A DNA stretch of 64,000 nt, taken from positions 1,056,001 to 1,120,000 of the forward strand of contig OZ242358.1 of NCBI GenBank assembly GCA_965208835.1, written 5' to 3'. A model generated the notes under the pieces. It was given only the letters and a program-made list of their open reading frames with translations, ran no database searches and was not told where the DNA came from. A program made the position numbers and the translations under genes. Shown here piece after piece: positions 49,943 to 58,831 of the stretch (its first letter is position 1; every line of letters starts with the position of its first letter). Source of the DNA: Candidatus Latescibacterota bacterium (GTDB taxonomy: Bacteria; Latescibacterota; UBA2968; GCA-2709665).

Positions 49943-50354
49943 ATTTAATTCCCTTGTCGCTCTATTGGGACACCCGTATATTAAAAATACGGGAACCTTG
50001 AATGGAACAGTCATTCAAGATCCGTTCCCAATGATCACTGTTCGATCCGGGGAACCACTAACTTAAATCCTGCACGCTGTCACTCGTGAGGATAAAAGTT
50101 CGAGCCGTATCCGCCCAGGGTGCCAGCCCTGGGCTTTTTACTTGCCTTTTACTGGTTGAATAGCGAGTTTAAACTCGGGAGCGAGGCACCTAAGTTATTA
50201 CCTTCCTTCTTATATTCTGAAGAACCCATGTTCAACCGAATATTCCGCGGAAAAGAAGATTGGTAATAAGGACGTCCATGCCTCGCTCCAAACACAATAT
50301 ACTAAAACCAAGAGAGGAGTCAACCTATGTTAGCACTACACCATATCCACAGAA

Positions 50355-50582
50355 TTATTCGGGCTGGGCGAGCAAGACAAGCCCAGTCAGGAGCGTCAAG
50401 AATCGCTTTTCCTCTTCTTCTGATCCATCACTATGTAGTGGAAGCTGACCCATATGATTTCTTAACTGGTCGGCAATCTGAACTTTAGTTGCCGCATCTA
50501 AAACCTGAATAATGGAAATAACACCAAAATAGGACGCCGAAGCTATTTCCTCAACCGTGTAGATCTCTTCTGAATTTTCCAT
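50355..50582 (-). CDS. Small helical cargo protein (75 aa)
   Basis: GGAGG RBS preceded by three hairpins. Confidence 0.65.
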   Translation of the reverse strand: MENSEEIYTVEEIASASYFGVISIIQVLDAATKVQIADQLRNHMGQLPLHSDGSEEEEKRFLTLLTGLVLLAQPE

Positions 50583-50807
50583 AACCCCTCCAAAAAGATT
50601 TAACCCAAGTTCCCGTTAGGGTCTTGGGTTATTTTTATCGGCAGCCCCGAAACCGCCAGGTTCGAGGCTGCCTGTCCGAAACGCCCCCTGGTGAGTGGCA
50701 CCAGGTATTTAAAAGGTAGGTATTAAGAAATTAAAAGACAAGGTTGTTTTTATAATCATTAACTTGCGAAAGCGCCACCTATCAATTAAGTTAGGTGGCG
50801 CTTTTAT

Positions 50808-50881
50808 GGGGACGCTGGCAGGTGCCAGGGCAGCCGGACTTAGGATCTACTGCTGAGGGTTCGAGTCCCTACGTCTCCACA
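50808..50881 (+). ncRNA. tRNA-like RNA (anticodon position TAG)
   Basis: 7 bp acceptor GGGGACG/CGTCTCC, T-arm AGGG-TTCGAGT-CCCT, 7 nt loop CTTAGGA; non-canonical D-arm. Confidence 0.6.
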
Positions 50882-50939
50882 TTATTAATATACCATATCG
50901 ATTTAATCACTACAAGCTAATTTTTATACTATGAAATTC

Positions 50940-51146
50940 TCAATAGTCCCACTTACGCCAAAAATCACCAGACTTTTTGTATATAAAGAGAGTTAAGCCC
51001 AATCTGTAACAAATACGTTCCGCCTCCTCTTGGGCTTCCCGTTTAGTACGATATATGCTTATAGGAGCCACCTTTCCAGCGATTATATTTTCCCAGCGCC
51101 TATACTCTTGCGAATAACGCACTGACACACCTTGATTATCCAACAT
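50940..51146 (-). CDS. DUF2188-like small protein
   Basis: TKREAQEEA..LFIYKKSG pattern; AGGGAG RBS. Confidence 0.6.
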   Translation of the reverse strand: MLDNQGVSVRYSQEYRRWENIIAGKVAPISIYRTKREAQEEAERICYRLGLTLFIYKKSGDFWRKWDY

Positions 51147-51168
51147 ATTTGTCTCCCTTTTGTTTTTA

Positions 51169-52020
51169 CTATTCATAATGATGACAGTGTACGCACACAA
51201 TCAAAGGTTCACTCTTGTATTCACGGCCAGACCAATCTTTTGTTTTACCTACAATTTCGTACTTCCGATAGCGGTCTACCATAGGACCGACCAGTACTAC
51301 TTTTCCACTATTCATAGGAATAGTGTTCCAGGGGATATTTTCCTCACCGTCCACTAAAATAGTCCACTCTTTAATTCGTGGGCGTCGGCTCCACGTAATG
51401 ACTGCTTTAAGATGTGGACTTTCCCTTTCACTTTCCCAGCCCAAGCGGACCAGTATTGGGGGACCAGGAGTTTTGAATTCAGGGGTCACCACAGTATCGG
51501 CTTTTGCTGACGAATAGAACGGTAAGCCCGCCCCTTGATATACTGCATTAATCTCAATGATATATTCAATTCCAGCTAATAAAGGTTCAATTTTGAACGA
51601 GGTTGCGTTTCGCGACACATCGAAATACATAGTAAATTCATCTATTTTTGCTTTCAACGCTTTAGGGACAGGGTGGGGACTGTGAGTAATTTTATATTGT
51701 TTTAATATTCGTCCGGCAACAGCAGGTCTGTCGGGTGGTTCCCAGATCAATCTAACGTTACTAGGAGATACGGAATCTATCTGTGTGTTCCTTGGCGAAG
51801 GGTGGTTACGTTCTTTTTCACATTCGCCAGACCACGGTTGTCCAAATCGTTTAGCGAATTCTATGAAATCGTTAAAATCGTACTCAGTACCAAAATCCCG
51901 GGAGAATAAAATAAAGTCAGCAAAATCGACCTTTCGATCATCATTCAAATCCCAACAAATTGCAGAATTGTTGGCCTCACCTGAACTAATCAGTAAGAGG
52001 CAAGCCAAGACCCCCAACAT
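51169..52020 (-). CDS. Secreted protein with EF-hand/dockerin-like motif and fibronectin type III domain
   Basis: Signal peptide, DLNDDRKVDFADF, PSPRN..LIWEPP..Y..LLAGIEYII. Confidence 0.75.
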   Translation of the reverse strand: MLGVLACLLLISSGEANNSAICWDLNDDRKVDFADFILFSRDFGTEYDFNDFIEFAKRFGQPWSGECEKERNHPSPRNTQIDSVSPSNVRLIWEPPDRPAVAGRILKQYKITHSPHPVPKALKAKIDEFTMYFDVSRNATSFKIEPLLAGIEYIIEINAVYQGAGLPFYSSAKADTVVTPEFKTPGPPILVRLGWESERESPHLKAVITWSRRPRIKEWTILVDGEENIPWNTIPMNSGKVVLVGPMVDRYRKYEIVGKTKDWSGREYKSEPLIVCVHCHHYE

Positions 52021-52298
52021 ATCCGTCCCCCTGTGGCCCTTGCAGAGCCAAAATGAAAAACGGACCCTTCCCAGACGACAGGAAAGATCCGTTTTGTGTT
52101 AAGGCTTACCGACATCCCCTCCTGTCGCCCTTGCAGAGCGATGCATCTTCAGCTAACTAAAAGGTGTCGGGCCTTGCAAGCATCACAGGAGGGTGAGCCG
52201 TGCCTATTCCCTGGGAGTTCAGGTATTATATTCAGCACGAAACCCGACATAAATCGGTCCCTCCGGATACTTGCGCTGAACAAGTTACAGAAACAAAC

Positions 52299-52327
52299 TT
52301 GACAACGCAACCAAAATTAAGTATGGT
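52299..52327 (+). promoter_or_regulatory. Sigma70-like promoter of UDG-like copy B
   Basis: TTGACA-17-TATGGT. Confidence 0.6.
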
Positions 52328-52430
52328 TTTTGAAATACAAGGTTTGCAAGACCTTAGAGATTAATATAATTGAAAGCACACAAAAGGCGTGCGCTTTCAA
52401 TTATACCATTCCATTTCTCAGGAGGGAGAA

Positions 52431-52985
52431 ATGAAACGACAGGATATTATTAAACGTCGGAGGCAATTCAAGATTCGGGGATTCGGATACAAGACATTGA
52501 CAGAAGTCGGGTTAGACGGAGACTATGTTTCACCGATACAAAAAATCTCGAATAGCGCCACCGGTCCCATATTAATCGGGAAACATTGGAACAGTGCCAA
52601 AAACGCACTACAGAAAAAAGACCTGCTGTTAGAATTCGGGTACGATGTCTTCTCACGTTTTAATAAAGTTCTGGATGCGGCATTGAAATGTGCGGATATG
52701 AACCGTGCAGACGTATACATCACACAAGCCTTTCATCTACTACCTGGAACCGATAAAGGCCAATCCATCAAACCTAAACATATTTATCAATCTTTTCGAG
52801 AAATCACAATACATGAACTTGACGGACGTCCCGTTATTGCAATGGGTGGTACTGCACAAAAGGCTTGTAATCGCTTCAGTATTGAATATATTCCAGTTCC
52901 CCACCCGAGTCATCGTACAATGTCGATAGAAAACCGTGTTATCGCATTACGAAATGCATTATATAAATCTCGGCAAATATCATAG
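52431..52985 (+). CDS. Uracil-DNA glycosylase-superfamily-like cargo protein, copy B
   Basis: Roughly 70% identical by eye to 41057-41617. Confidence 0.65.
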   Translation: MKRQDIIKRRRQFKIRGFGYKTLTEVGLDGDYVSPIQKISNSATGPILIGKHWNSAKNALQKKDLLLEFGYDVFSRFNKVLDAALKCADMNRADVYITQAFHLLPGTDKGQSIKPKHIYQSFREITIHELDGRPVIAMGGTAQKACNRFSIEYIPVPHPSHRTMSIENRVIALRNALYKSRQIS

Positions 52986-53143
52986 ATACCGAAATACTTT
53001 TCTTGTAAAGTAACTCCAAACACCATTAATTTCTCCCGAAAAGATTCGTCTTCCCTCTCCCCCAGGAAGGCGAATCTTTTTTATTGACTTTTATAGCTTT
53101 CTTGTCTACAATCCCCAAACACCCTAAACCGTGGAGGTAACTT

Positions 53144-53359
53144 ATGTTTTCATTGTTCAAGTGGTATTGTTGCCGATACATGCTCAGGGTAGTTTGCGTT
53201 GATTGCAGTTACGGAGATTGCAAAGCCACAATTTTCCATGTCTGTCAGGACAAGAAATACAGACCCAACCGGCCAGGCATGGGATGCGAAAAGGAGGCGT
53301 GTCTCAACGCTCGCAGAAAACACGGTATTCCTAAGACCTTACATAAAATCTACTCATAA
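53144..53359 (+). CDS. Small Cys-rich cargo protein
   Basis: TTGACT-17-TACAAT promoter at 53084-53112, GGAGG RBS, downstream hairpin. Confidence 0.55.
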   Translation: MFSLFKWYCCRYMLRVVCVDCSYGDCKATIFHVCQDKKYRPNRPGMGCEKEACLNARRKHGIPKTLHKIYS

Positions 53360-53412
53360 CAAAAGCCCGGAACAGTTGTTCCGGGCATTATTTCTTAAAA
53401 GGAGGATTTTCA

Positions 53413-53658
53413 ATGTCTAAAGAAAATTGGTCTATAGAAGACTTAGTATTTGGAACTCATGACATGTTTATTGCGCTACTAGAGATTCTTGAGGAACCTG
53501 TAAAAACTGATTTTCGTCTGCGTGTGCTTGCTCGGGCTCAGCGCCTACGTCATAGTGCAGATTTTGAAGTACGGTTAGAACATAGGCAATCTTTGATTCA
53601 TACGGCTGAGCTACTTGAAGACTTTTCGGAATACTTACTGCGTCGTGAGAGCTCATAA
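53413..53658 (+). CDS. Small helical cargo protein (81 aa)
   Basis: AAAGGAGG RBS preceded by a hairpin. Confidence 0.7.
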   Translation: MSKENWSIEDLVFGTHDMFIALLEILEEPVKTDFRLRVLARAQRLRHSADFEVRLEHRQSLIHTAELLEDFSEYLLRRESS

Positions 53659-53686
53659 TAATTCTCCCTATAATAAGATATATCTT

Positions 53687-54142
53687 TCAACTCCCATTCC
53701 GTTCAAACACTACAACAATAAGAACTGTCTCCAAACTGTTATTCAGCATCTGTTGAATCTCGCTTATATCCTCACCAGCACTCCGCATATTTTCTATAAA
53801 ATAGACACCTGTCATCATAAGGTTTAATTTTGAATCCGAAACCTCAAAAGACCACACAAACTTATTCCCGCTGGGCTGCGTCATCGTCAACTTGTTATTC
53901 TCTGTTGTCCAGGTTCCCTTGTCTCCAACATTATCCTCCCAACTCCCATCTTCTCGAAACTCCACACTACGCAAATTGTCAAAAAATCCCAACGCAATAT
54001 CGGTCCCGCCAAAGATCGCCTCGAATCCCGGAAATCTAGTTTCAGATAGAACCCACTTCCCAACAAGAGGGTCTACAGGTTCAACGGCTTTATCTTTACA
54101 ACCGATCAGCAACAAGACAATAATCAATAGTGTGTGTCTCAT
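53687..54142 (-). CDS. Lipocalin-like lipoprotein
   Basis: Lipobox LIGC, LVGKWVL, GTW. Confidence 0.7.
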   Translation of the reverse strand: MRHTLLIIVLLLIGCKDKAVEPVDPLVGKWVLSETRFPGFEAIFGGTDIALGFFDNLRSVEFREDGSWEDNVGDKGTWTTENNKLTMTQPSGNKFVWSFEVSDSKLNLMMTGVYFIENMRSAGEDISEIQQMLNNSLETVLIVVVFERNGS

Positions 54143-54375
54143 CACTCAACCCCCTTTTTTGTGCCACAATACACGGAATTCTCCGCCCAATCTTCATATT
54201 TAGTGCTGATACGTGATCGTGGGCTGTGGGTTCTACAAATACGATTCCACGGCCCTTCCGATTTAAACATTTCACCACACTTGAGACAGCGACGTTTTTT
54301 CCGTGTCGAAGCATCCCCCCTGCACAGATCGTTATAGTGAGGAACACTTTTGGAACTTTGATTATTTCTTCTCAT
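54142..54375 (-). CDS. Small zinc-finger protein
   Basis: RRCLKCGEMFKSEGPWNRIC; stop overlaps the next start (TGATG). Confidence 0.6.
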   Translation of the reverse strand: MRRNNQSSKSVPHYNDLCRGDASTRKKRRCLKCGEMFKSEGPWNRICRTHSPRSRISTKYEDWAENSVYCGTKKGVE

Positions 54376-54508
54376 CTGTTGTCTTATCTCTTTTCTTTTT
54401 CGTCTTTGGAGCACTATTCGCCGCAAATGGTCGACGCTGTTTTAAGATCGCTCGACCAACCTCTTCCGGCGTGAGATCGGTTTTGAATACTTCGTCCTTT
54501 TTCTTCAT
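54362..54508 (-). CDS. Small basic protein coupled to the transposase
   Basis: Start overlaps the transposase stop (ATGA); TPEEVGRAILK. Confidence 0.55.
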   Translation of the reverse strand: MKKKDEVFKTDLTPEEVGRAILKQRRPFAANSAPKTKKKRDKTTDEKK

Positions 54509-55416
54509 GCTATCAGCTCCTGGTATTGGAGTCGTTGACCTCGCATCCCCTGGGCTATCGTCTTCATGAATCCGTAAACGCCCAGGGGTCGCGCATTGTG
54601 TCGGGCTGTGAACTCCCTCACGTATAGCCAAAGGTGTTTCGGACTCATTACGTGATACGTTCCCATATACCCGCGCTTGAACAGGCTCCAGAAGTTTTCT
54701 AACGAATTGGTATGGACATCCCCCTTAACATACTGCTTTGCGCTGTGTTTGACAAATTCGTGATAATAGACTCCTGTTAGCATCTTATATGCGTTATGCT
54801 CATCGCTGTAAACCTGCATATCCCTGTAGACCCATTCGTAAACTGGTTCGCACAAAGTATCATGACTCATATCGTCTAAGACCTGTGTCCTGATTTTCTT
54901 CGTACCTCTTTCATAGACACCGATCACAGGGACTTTCTCAGCCCATCCCCTCTTGAATTTCTGGCCACTGACCCGATGTTTATTCGATTTCTTACCACCC
55001 ACAAAGGTTTCGTCTACCTCAACTGTGCCCAAGAATTTCCGCTTTAGGTCCAAACACGCGTGTCGTATTCGATGCCCTAAGTACCAAGCCGTTTTCTGTG
55101 TTATGTCCAGGTCTTTTGCCAACTGTGTCGAGGAAATCCCCTTGGGTCGAGATATTAAATATATGGCAAAAACCCACTTACGAAAAGACAAATGAGACCG
55201 GTGTAGCAGATTACCTGTCCTTACCGAAAAGTCCATCCGGCAACTGCGACATCTATACGGTAACGGCTTCCGAGTTGGTCGCGCCTGAATATCCTTGCTC
55301 CCGCAACCTGGGCAACAAACACCTTCCGGCCAAAGTAACTTTTCAAACCAAGCCTCCGCTGAAGCCTCGTCCGGGAACATCTCGTGCAATTTGAATATCG
55401 AAATTTCTTTTGACAC
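54505..55416 (-). CDS. IS1595-family transposase
   Basis: CPGC..CRSC, VEVDETFVGGK, YSDE, VKH, HTNSLENFWSLFKR. Confidence 0.95.
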   Translation of the reverse strand: MSKEISIFKLHEMFPDEASAEAWFEKLLWPEGVCCPGCGSKDIQARPTRKPLPYRCRSCRMDFSVRTGNLLHRSHLSFRKWVFAIYLISRPKGISSTQLAKDLDITQKTAWYLGHRIRHACLDLKRKFLGTVEVDETFVGGKKSNKHRVSGQKFKRGWAEKVPVIGVYERGTKKIRTQVLDDMSHDTLCEPVYEWVYRDMQVYSDEHNAYKMLTGVYYHEFVKHSAKQYVKGDVHTNSLENFWSLFKRGYMGTYHVMSPKHLWLYVREFTARHNARPLGVYGFMKTIAQGMRGQRLQYQELIA

Positions 55417-55474
55417 GGGAACCTCCTTTCGATATTATGTAGTAGAAAGGGCTTCGTCTGCAAGGAGGCTCGTC

Positions 55475-55576
55475 ATGCCAAAACCACGACGAAGAAAAAT
55501 AAGAAAACGTATTATTAAAATAATCCGAATTGGACCAACAACTATAACAATACGAGTTCCATTTATACGCCGATAG
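55475..55576 (+). CDS. 33 aa cationic peptide
   Basis: AAGGAGG RBS; MPKPRRRKIRKRIIKIIRIGPTTITIRVPFIRR; flanked by a 20 bp inverted repeat. Confidence 0.55.
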   Translation: MPKPRRRKIRKRIIKIIRIGPTTITIRVPFIRR

Positions 55577-55694
55577 TACCTATTTTGACGAAGCCCTTTC
55601 CACTACTTTATAGGGCGTGGCACGACTTATTACTGGCCCTAATAATATATATTAAGGAGTTCCAAAAGACAAGTTATTTTTTCGAGGAGGCAAA

Positions 55695-55973
55695 ATGTCT
55701 AATCTTAATAACAGCGATACCTTAAATATTCCTAATTGTTTTTCATTTATTGAAACACATGGTCATCCACTTACACAACGGGCTGCTCATAAATTTAAAA
55801 ACCATTTAAATACAAATATCGTTTCTATTCAATTTTGGTGGTATGATGCAAAAACAGTATCAGATAGAGCTATTTGTATTCGTGGCGCACTCCGTAGAAT
55901 TGTTAAAAATAATAGAGAAAAGGGGAGATGCAGTAACCAATTTAAGGCATTGTATCAAATCAAATATCAGTAA
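55695..55973 (+). CDS. Hypothetical cargo protein
   Basis: GAGGAGG RBS. Confidence 0.6.
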   Translation: MSNLNNSDTLNIPNCFSFIETHGHPLTQRAAHKFKNHLNTNIVSIQFWWYDAKTVSDRAICIRGALRRIVKNNREKGRCSNQFKALYQIKYQ

Positions 55974-55997
55974 ACGAAAAATCTCATAAGGAATAAA

Positions 55998-56204
55998 ATG
56001 CCCAACTATTACGTAAACCCAAACCCTCAACCAAATGGGGATCAAGAAGTACATAAATACGGATGTTCTTGGTTACAATTAGTTCGAAATCCTATATTTC
56101 TTGGTAATTGGGACAGTTGTTTTCCAGCCGTTAAGGAAGCAATATATCAAGGATATAATGCAAATGGTTGCGCTCATTGTTCGCGCCCCTGCCATACTCG
56201 ATAA
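55998..56204 (+). CDS. Small Cys/His-rich hypothetical protein
   Basis: YYVN...NGDxEVH..GC...LG...C...NGCxxC...CH pattern resembling small mobile-element proteins. Confidence 0.7.
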   Translation: MPNYYVNPNPQPNGDQEVHKYGCSWLQLVRNPIFLGNWDSCFPAVKEAIYQGYNANGCAHCSRPCHTR

Positions 56205-56455
56205 GCTCTTTCCCACTCACTTTCATTATCATATATTGTTATAATCCTACCATCCTCTAAGTCGATTCGGCTTAATATCTTTTTGTGACCACAACAACTA
56301 GCAATAGTAAAGACCCCACCTGCGTTGAGTGCCGCCACTATCTGATGTATGCAACGGTCAATGCATTGAACACGACCTTTAAGTGGCATACATACCTGAT
56401 TCCTATAAGTCTTCTTCCCACCAGGTAAATCGCAAAATTCACAACCTCCTGACAT
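56174..56455 (-). CDS. Small phage-type protein with TxASCCGH motif
   Basis: IDxCI..IVAALN..G..TIASCCGH; GGGGAG RBS. Confidence 0.65.
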   Translation of the reverse strand: MSGGCEFCDLPGGKKTYRNQVCMPLKGRVQCIDRCIHQIVAALNAGGVFTIASCCGHKKILSRIDLEDGRIITIYDNESEWERAYRVWQGREQ

Positions 56456-56582
56456 AAATAGACTCCCCTACCTTCCCATAACCCCTTTATTTACAACAGT
56501 TAAGCCAATTTTTATGGGATAAAAATACCTAAACCGTTGTAAATAAAGGGTTTATGGGCGGGTAATTAAGTATATGGGTGCC

Positions 56583-57492
56583 TAAGATTGACAGAATCAT
56601 CGCCGCTGCTCGAGGCATGGAATCTTTGGACAGCGTAGATTATGCTGTTACCCTCGTAGAAATAGAACCGTCCCGGGCCACGCGGCTCCCAATCTGGCGC
56701 CACCATTGACTTCTTGCGGTCGTCAAAGCCGACGTAACGAATACGGCGCAACAGGGTCTGGTGAAAACGGAGTTCATAGTATCCCGCATAATTATTCTTG
56801 GATACTAATTCTCCGCGGGTCCATTCCTCGTCACGAGCTATATGATCTTCCGCGTCAGTGATTCTTATCGTAAACTCAGGAAATGTTGTGTGGTAGTAGC
56901 TCGCATTTACGCCGAAACCGGGAATTGGTGACCAGTAATCCGGTTCACTCAAATACCGTTGTATTCTTTCGAGCGGTGGTATATCCAAGCCGAAGCGCTC
57001 CCGCCACATTCGTTCAATCTCGTGGGCTTGCGTAGCTTCATCTACAGGAGTGTTTGTGTCGCAAACGCGCGAATATATGTGGTGAGCGCGGATTTTTCCA
57101 AAACGTTGTGTAAGATAGTAGGGCTTATGGGGAGCATCCTCAATTACCAAAACATCCAGTAGTTCATCCCCAAATTCGATTTCTTTCAGGTAAAATTCAG
57201 GGACCCTCGATTGAAAGAACTTTCTCGCGTTGTCGCGGAATAGACCCGCTATGTCTGCCTGTGTTCTTCGGCTTGGATCTTCGTTTATCGGATGGACAGA
57301 ATAGTCGCTGTCGTCAATCCCATAAATCAAGAATCTATCACCATCGTGGTTGGCGTTCGCAAGGCACAGGACATCGTGAACAAGATCAGCTTTGTTTTCA
57401 TGATGTTCACGTTTGAAGTCCCAATATGTACCCTCGGCTCTTCGACTTATGAGGGTTGAGATGGTCGTGTGAAACCCGCCCTCGATAGTCAT
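56583..57492 (-). pseudogene. AlbA_2/Schlafen-domain protein, 5' part (interrupted)
   Basis: EGTYWDFK..DVLCLAN..FLIYGIDD. Confidence 0.85.
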
Positions 57493-57865
57493 TTGACCTC
57501 TAAGCGCTGGGAGTTGGCCCGCCGTTTACCGCTGTTATGTGGCGGTTCAGACGGGGACAACCGGTTTTTCGCGCCGTAGCGGCGCCGTCTACGTACGACG
57601 ATTAGTATGGTATTCTCAGTTGGCGATTGACTGGCTAAGGCGTCGAAGAAACAGACAGGTATCGGTTCTAAGCGGACGATCCATCCACAGCTCCGAATGT
57701 CTCATAAAAGCATCCGCCTTAATTCATCATCACAGTCGATTTCGGTAGCATTCAACGTCAGGATGAAACCCACCTGCTCTTTCCAGCCCATCTCTCCGCT
57801 AAATTCATTTCACTTGAGTTGGACTCGGAATTGCCTATCTAATTCGCATACAAAGGAGCCTATCG

Positions 57866-58831
57866 ATGCCCTGCGAAATTCCAATTCTTGTTGAAGAAAC
57901 TGACATAGATCAAATCTCAAGATCACCGATATATGAAATCATCCAGCACATATTTGGCTCAATTATTGCGATTGCACCGGAGAAGACTAACGAGATACTC
58001 GGCCTGATATTTGGGCACGATGTGAAGTTTAGCTTGGAGAACAGGGAAAGATTCGATTTCGCCGTAAAACTATCTGAAAGCAAGATCAGTGTGTCCCTGC
58101 AGGGACTCGAATTTTTGTGGGCTACAAGCTATGCCTACTATGTCATTTATCAAACCGCTGCACTACCGGAAAACCAAAGTAAGGGAGTTCTTTCCCTCTT
58201 AGACCATCCAGAGACGTGTACTGCCGCGAAGCTTCTGCAGTGGGCTGTGGATCGAGAAACTTCCAAAGTAGCAAACATACCGTGGCCATCGGACTGTCCC
58301 AAACCTCAGCGTTCTGCTGAGTCATCGGGTCTCAGCAATTCGAACGCGACTTGGGTCGCGCAGGAGATGTTTTTGTGTGCTGTTGGATGGATCCTTCACC
58401 ACGAGCTTGCCCACATAAGGCTTGGGCATCGAGATATCCCGTTGGATTCACTGAAGGAGGAAACCGAGGCTGACAAACTAGCTACCGAGACGCTCGTTCA
58501 AGGTATCACAGACAAAGATCATCTTTTTAAACGCGGTCTCGGGATCACGAATGCACTATTGGCACTCTGTTGCCTTGATATGGAAACAAGGGACGTGCAG
58601 TGGTCCAATATTCCTCGCAGCCATCCAAATGTGGCAGAAAGGTTGTTTAGAGCGTTGGGTCATCAAGCTCTTGCCAATCAGTCCGATGTCTATACCTTTG
58701 CTGTATATATCCTTAAGCTACACTTCGATCATCTCGGCATTGAGATTCATCCACGAGATTACGCTGACGTGAAGTGCTGTCTAAGTGACTACTGCTATGA
58801 ATTGCAGGAGTGGCAAAGACGGTCGAAATAG
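57866..58831 (+). CDS. Lit-like (peptidase U49) phage-exclusion metalloprotease
   Basis: WILHHELAH (HExxH), EETEAD, SHP...RL. Confidence 0.72.
   Translation: MPCEIPILVEETDIDQISRSPIYEIIQHIFGSIIAIAPEKTNEILGLIFGHDVKFSLENRERFDFAVKLSESKISVSLQGLEFLWATSYAYYVIYQTAALPENQSKGVLSLLDHPETCTAAKLLQWAVDRETSKVANIPWPSDCPKPQRSAESSGLSNSNATWVAQEMFLCAVGWILHHELAHIRLGHRDIPLDSLKEETEADKLATETLVQGITDKDHLFKRGLGITNALLALCCLDMETRDVQWSNIPRSHPNVAERLFRALGHQALANQSDVYTFAVYILKLHFDHLGIEIHPRDYADVKCCLSDYCYELQEWQRRSK

Larger units (their letters stand above)
48078..56582 (-). mobile_element. IS1595-family cargo element 2 (8505 bp)
   Basis: TIRs (A/G)GCACC(T/C)ATATACTT(G/A)ATTACCCGC; 8 bp TSD TAAGATTG at 48070-77 and 56583-90; AT-rich; one transposase. 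Confidence 0.93.

Noticed and set aside
48078-56582. Integron cassette array or prophage
   Set aside because: No tyrosine recombinase, no repeated attC pattern and no structural genes; ORFs lie on both strands; TIRs and TSD explain the boundaries.
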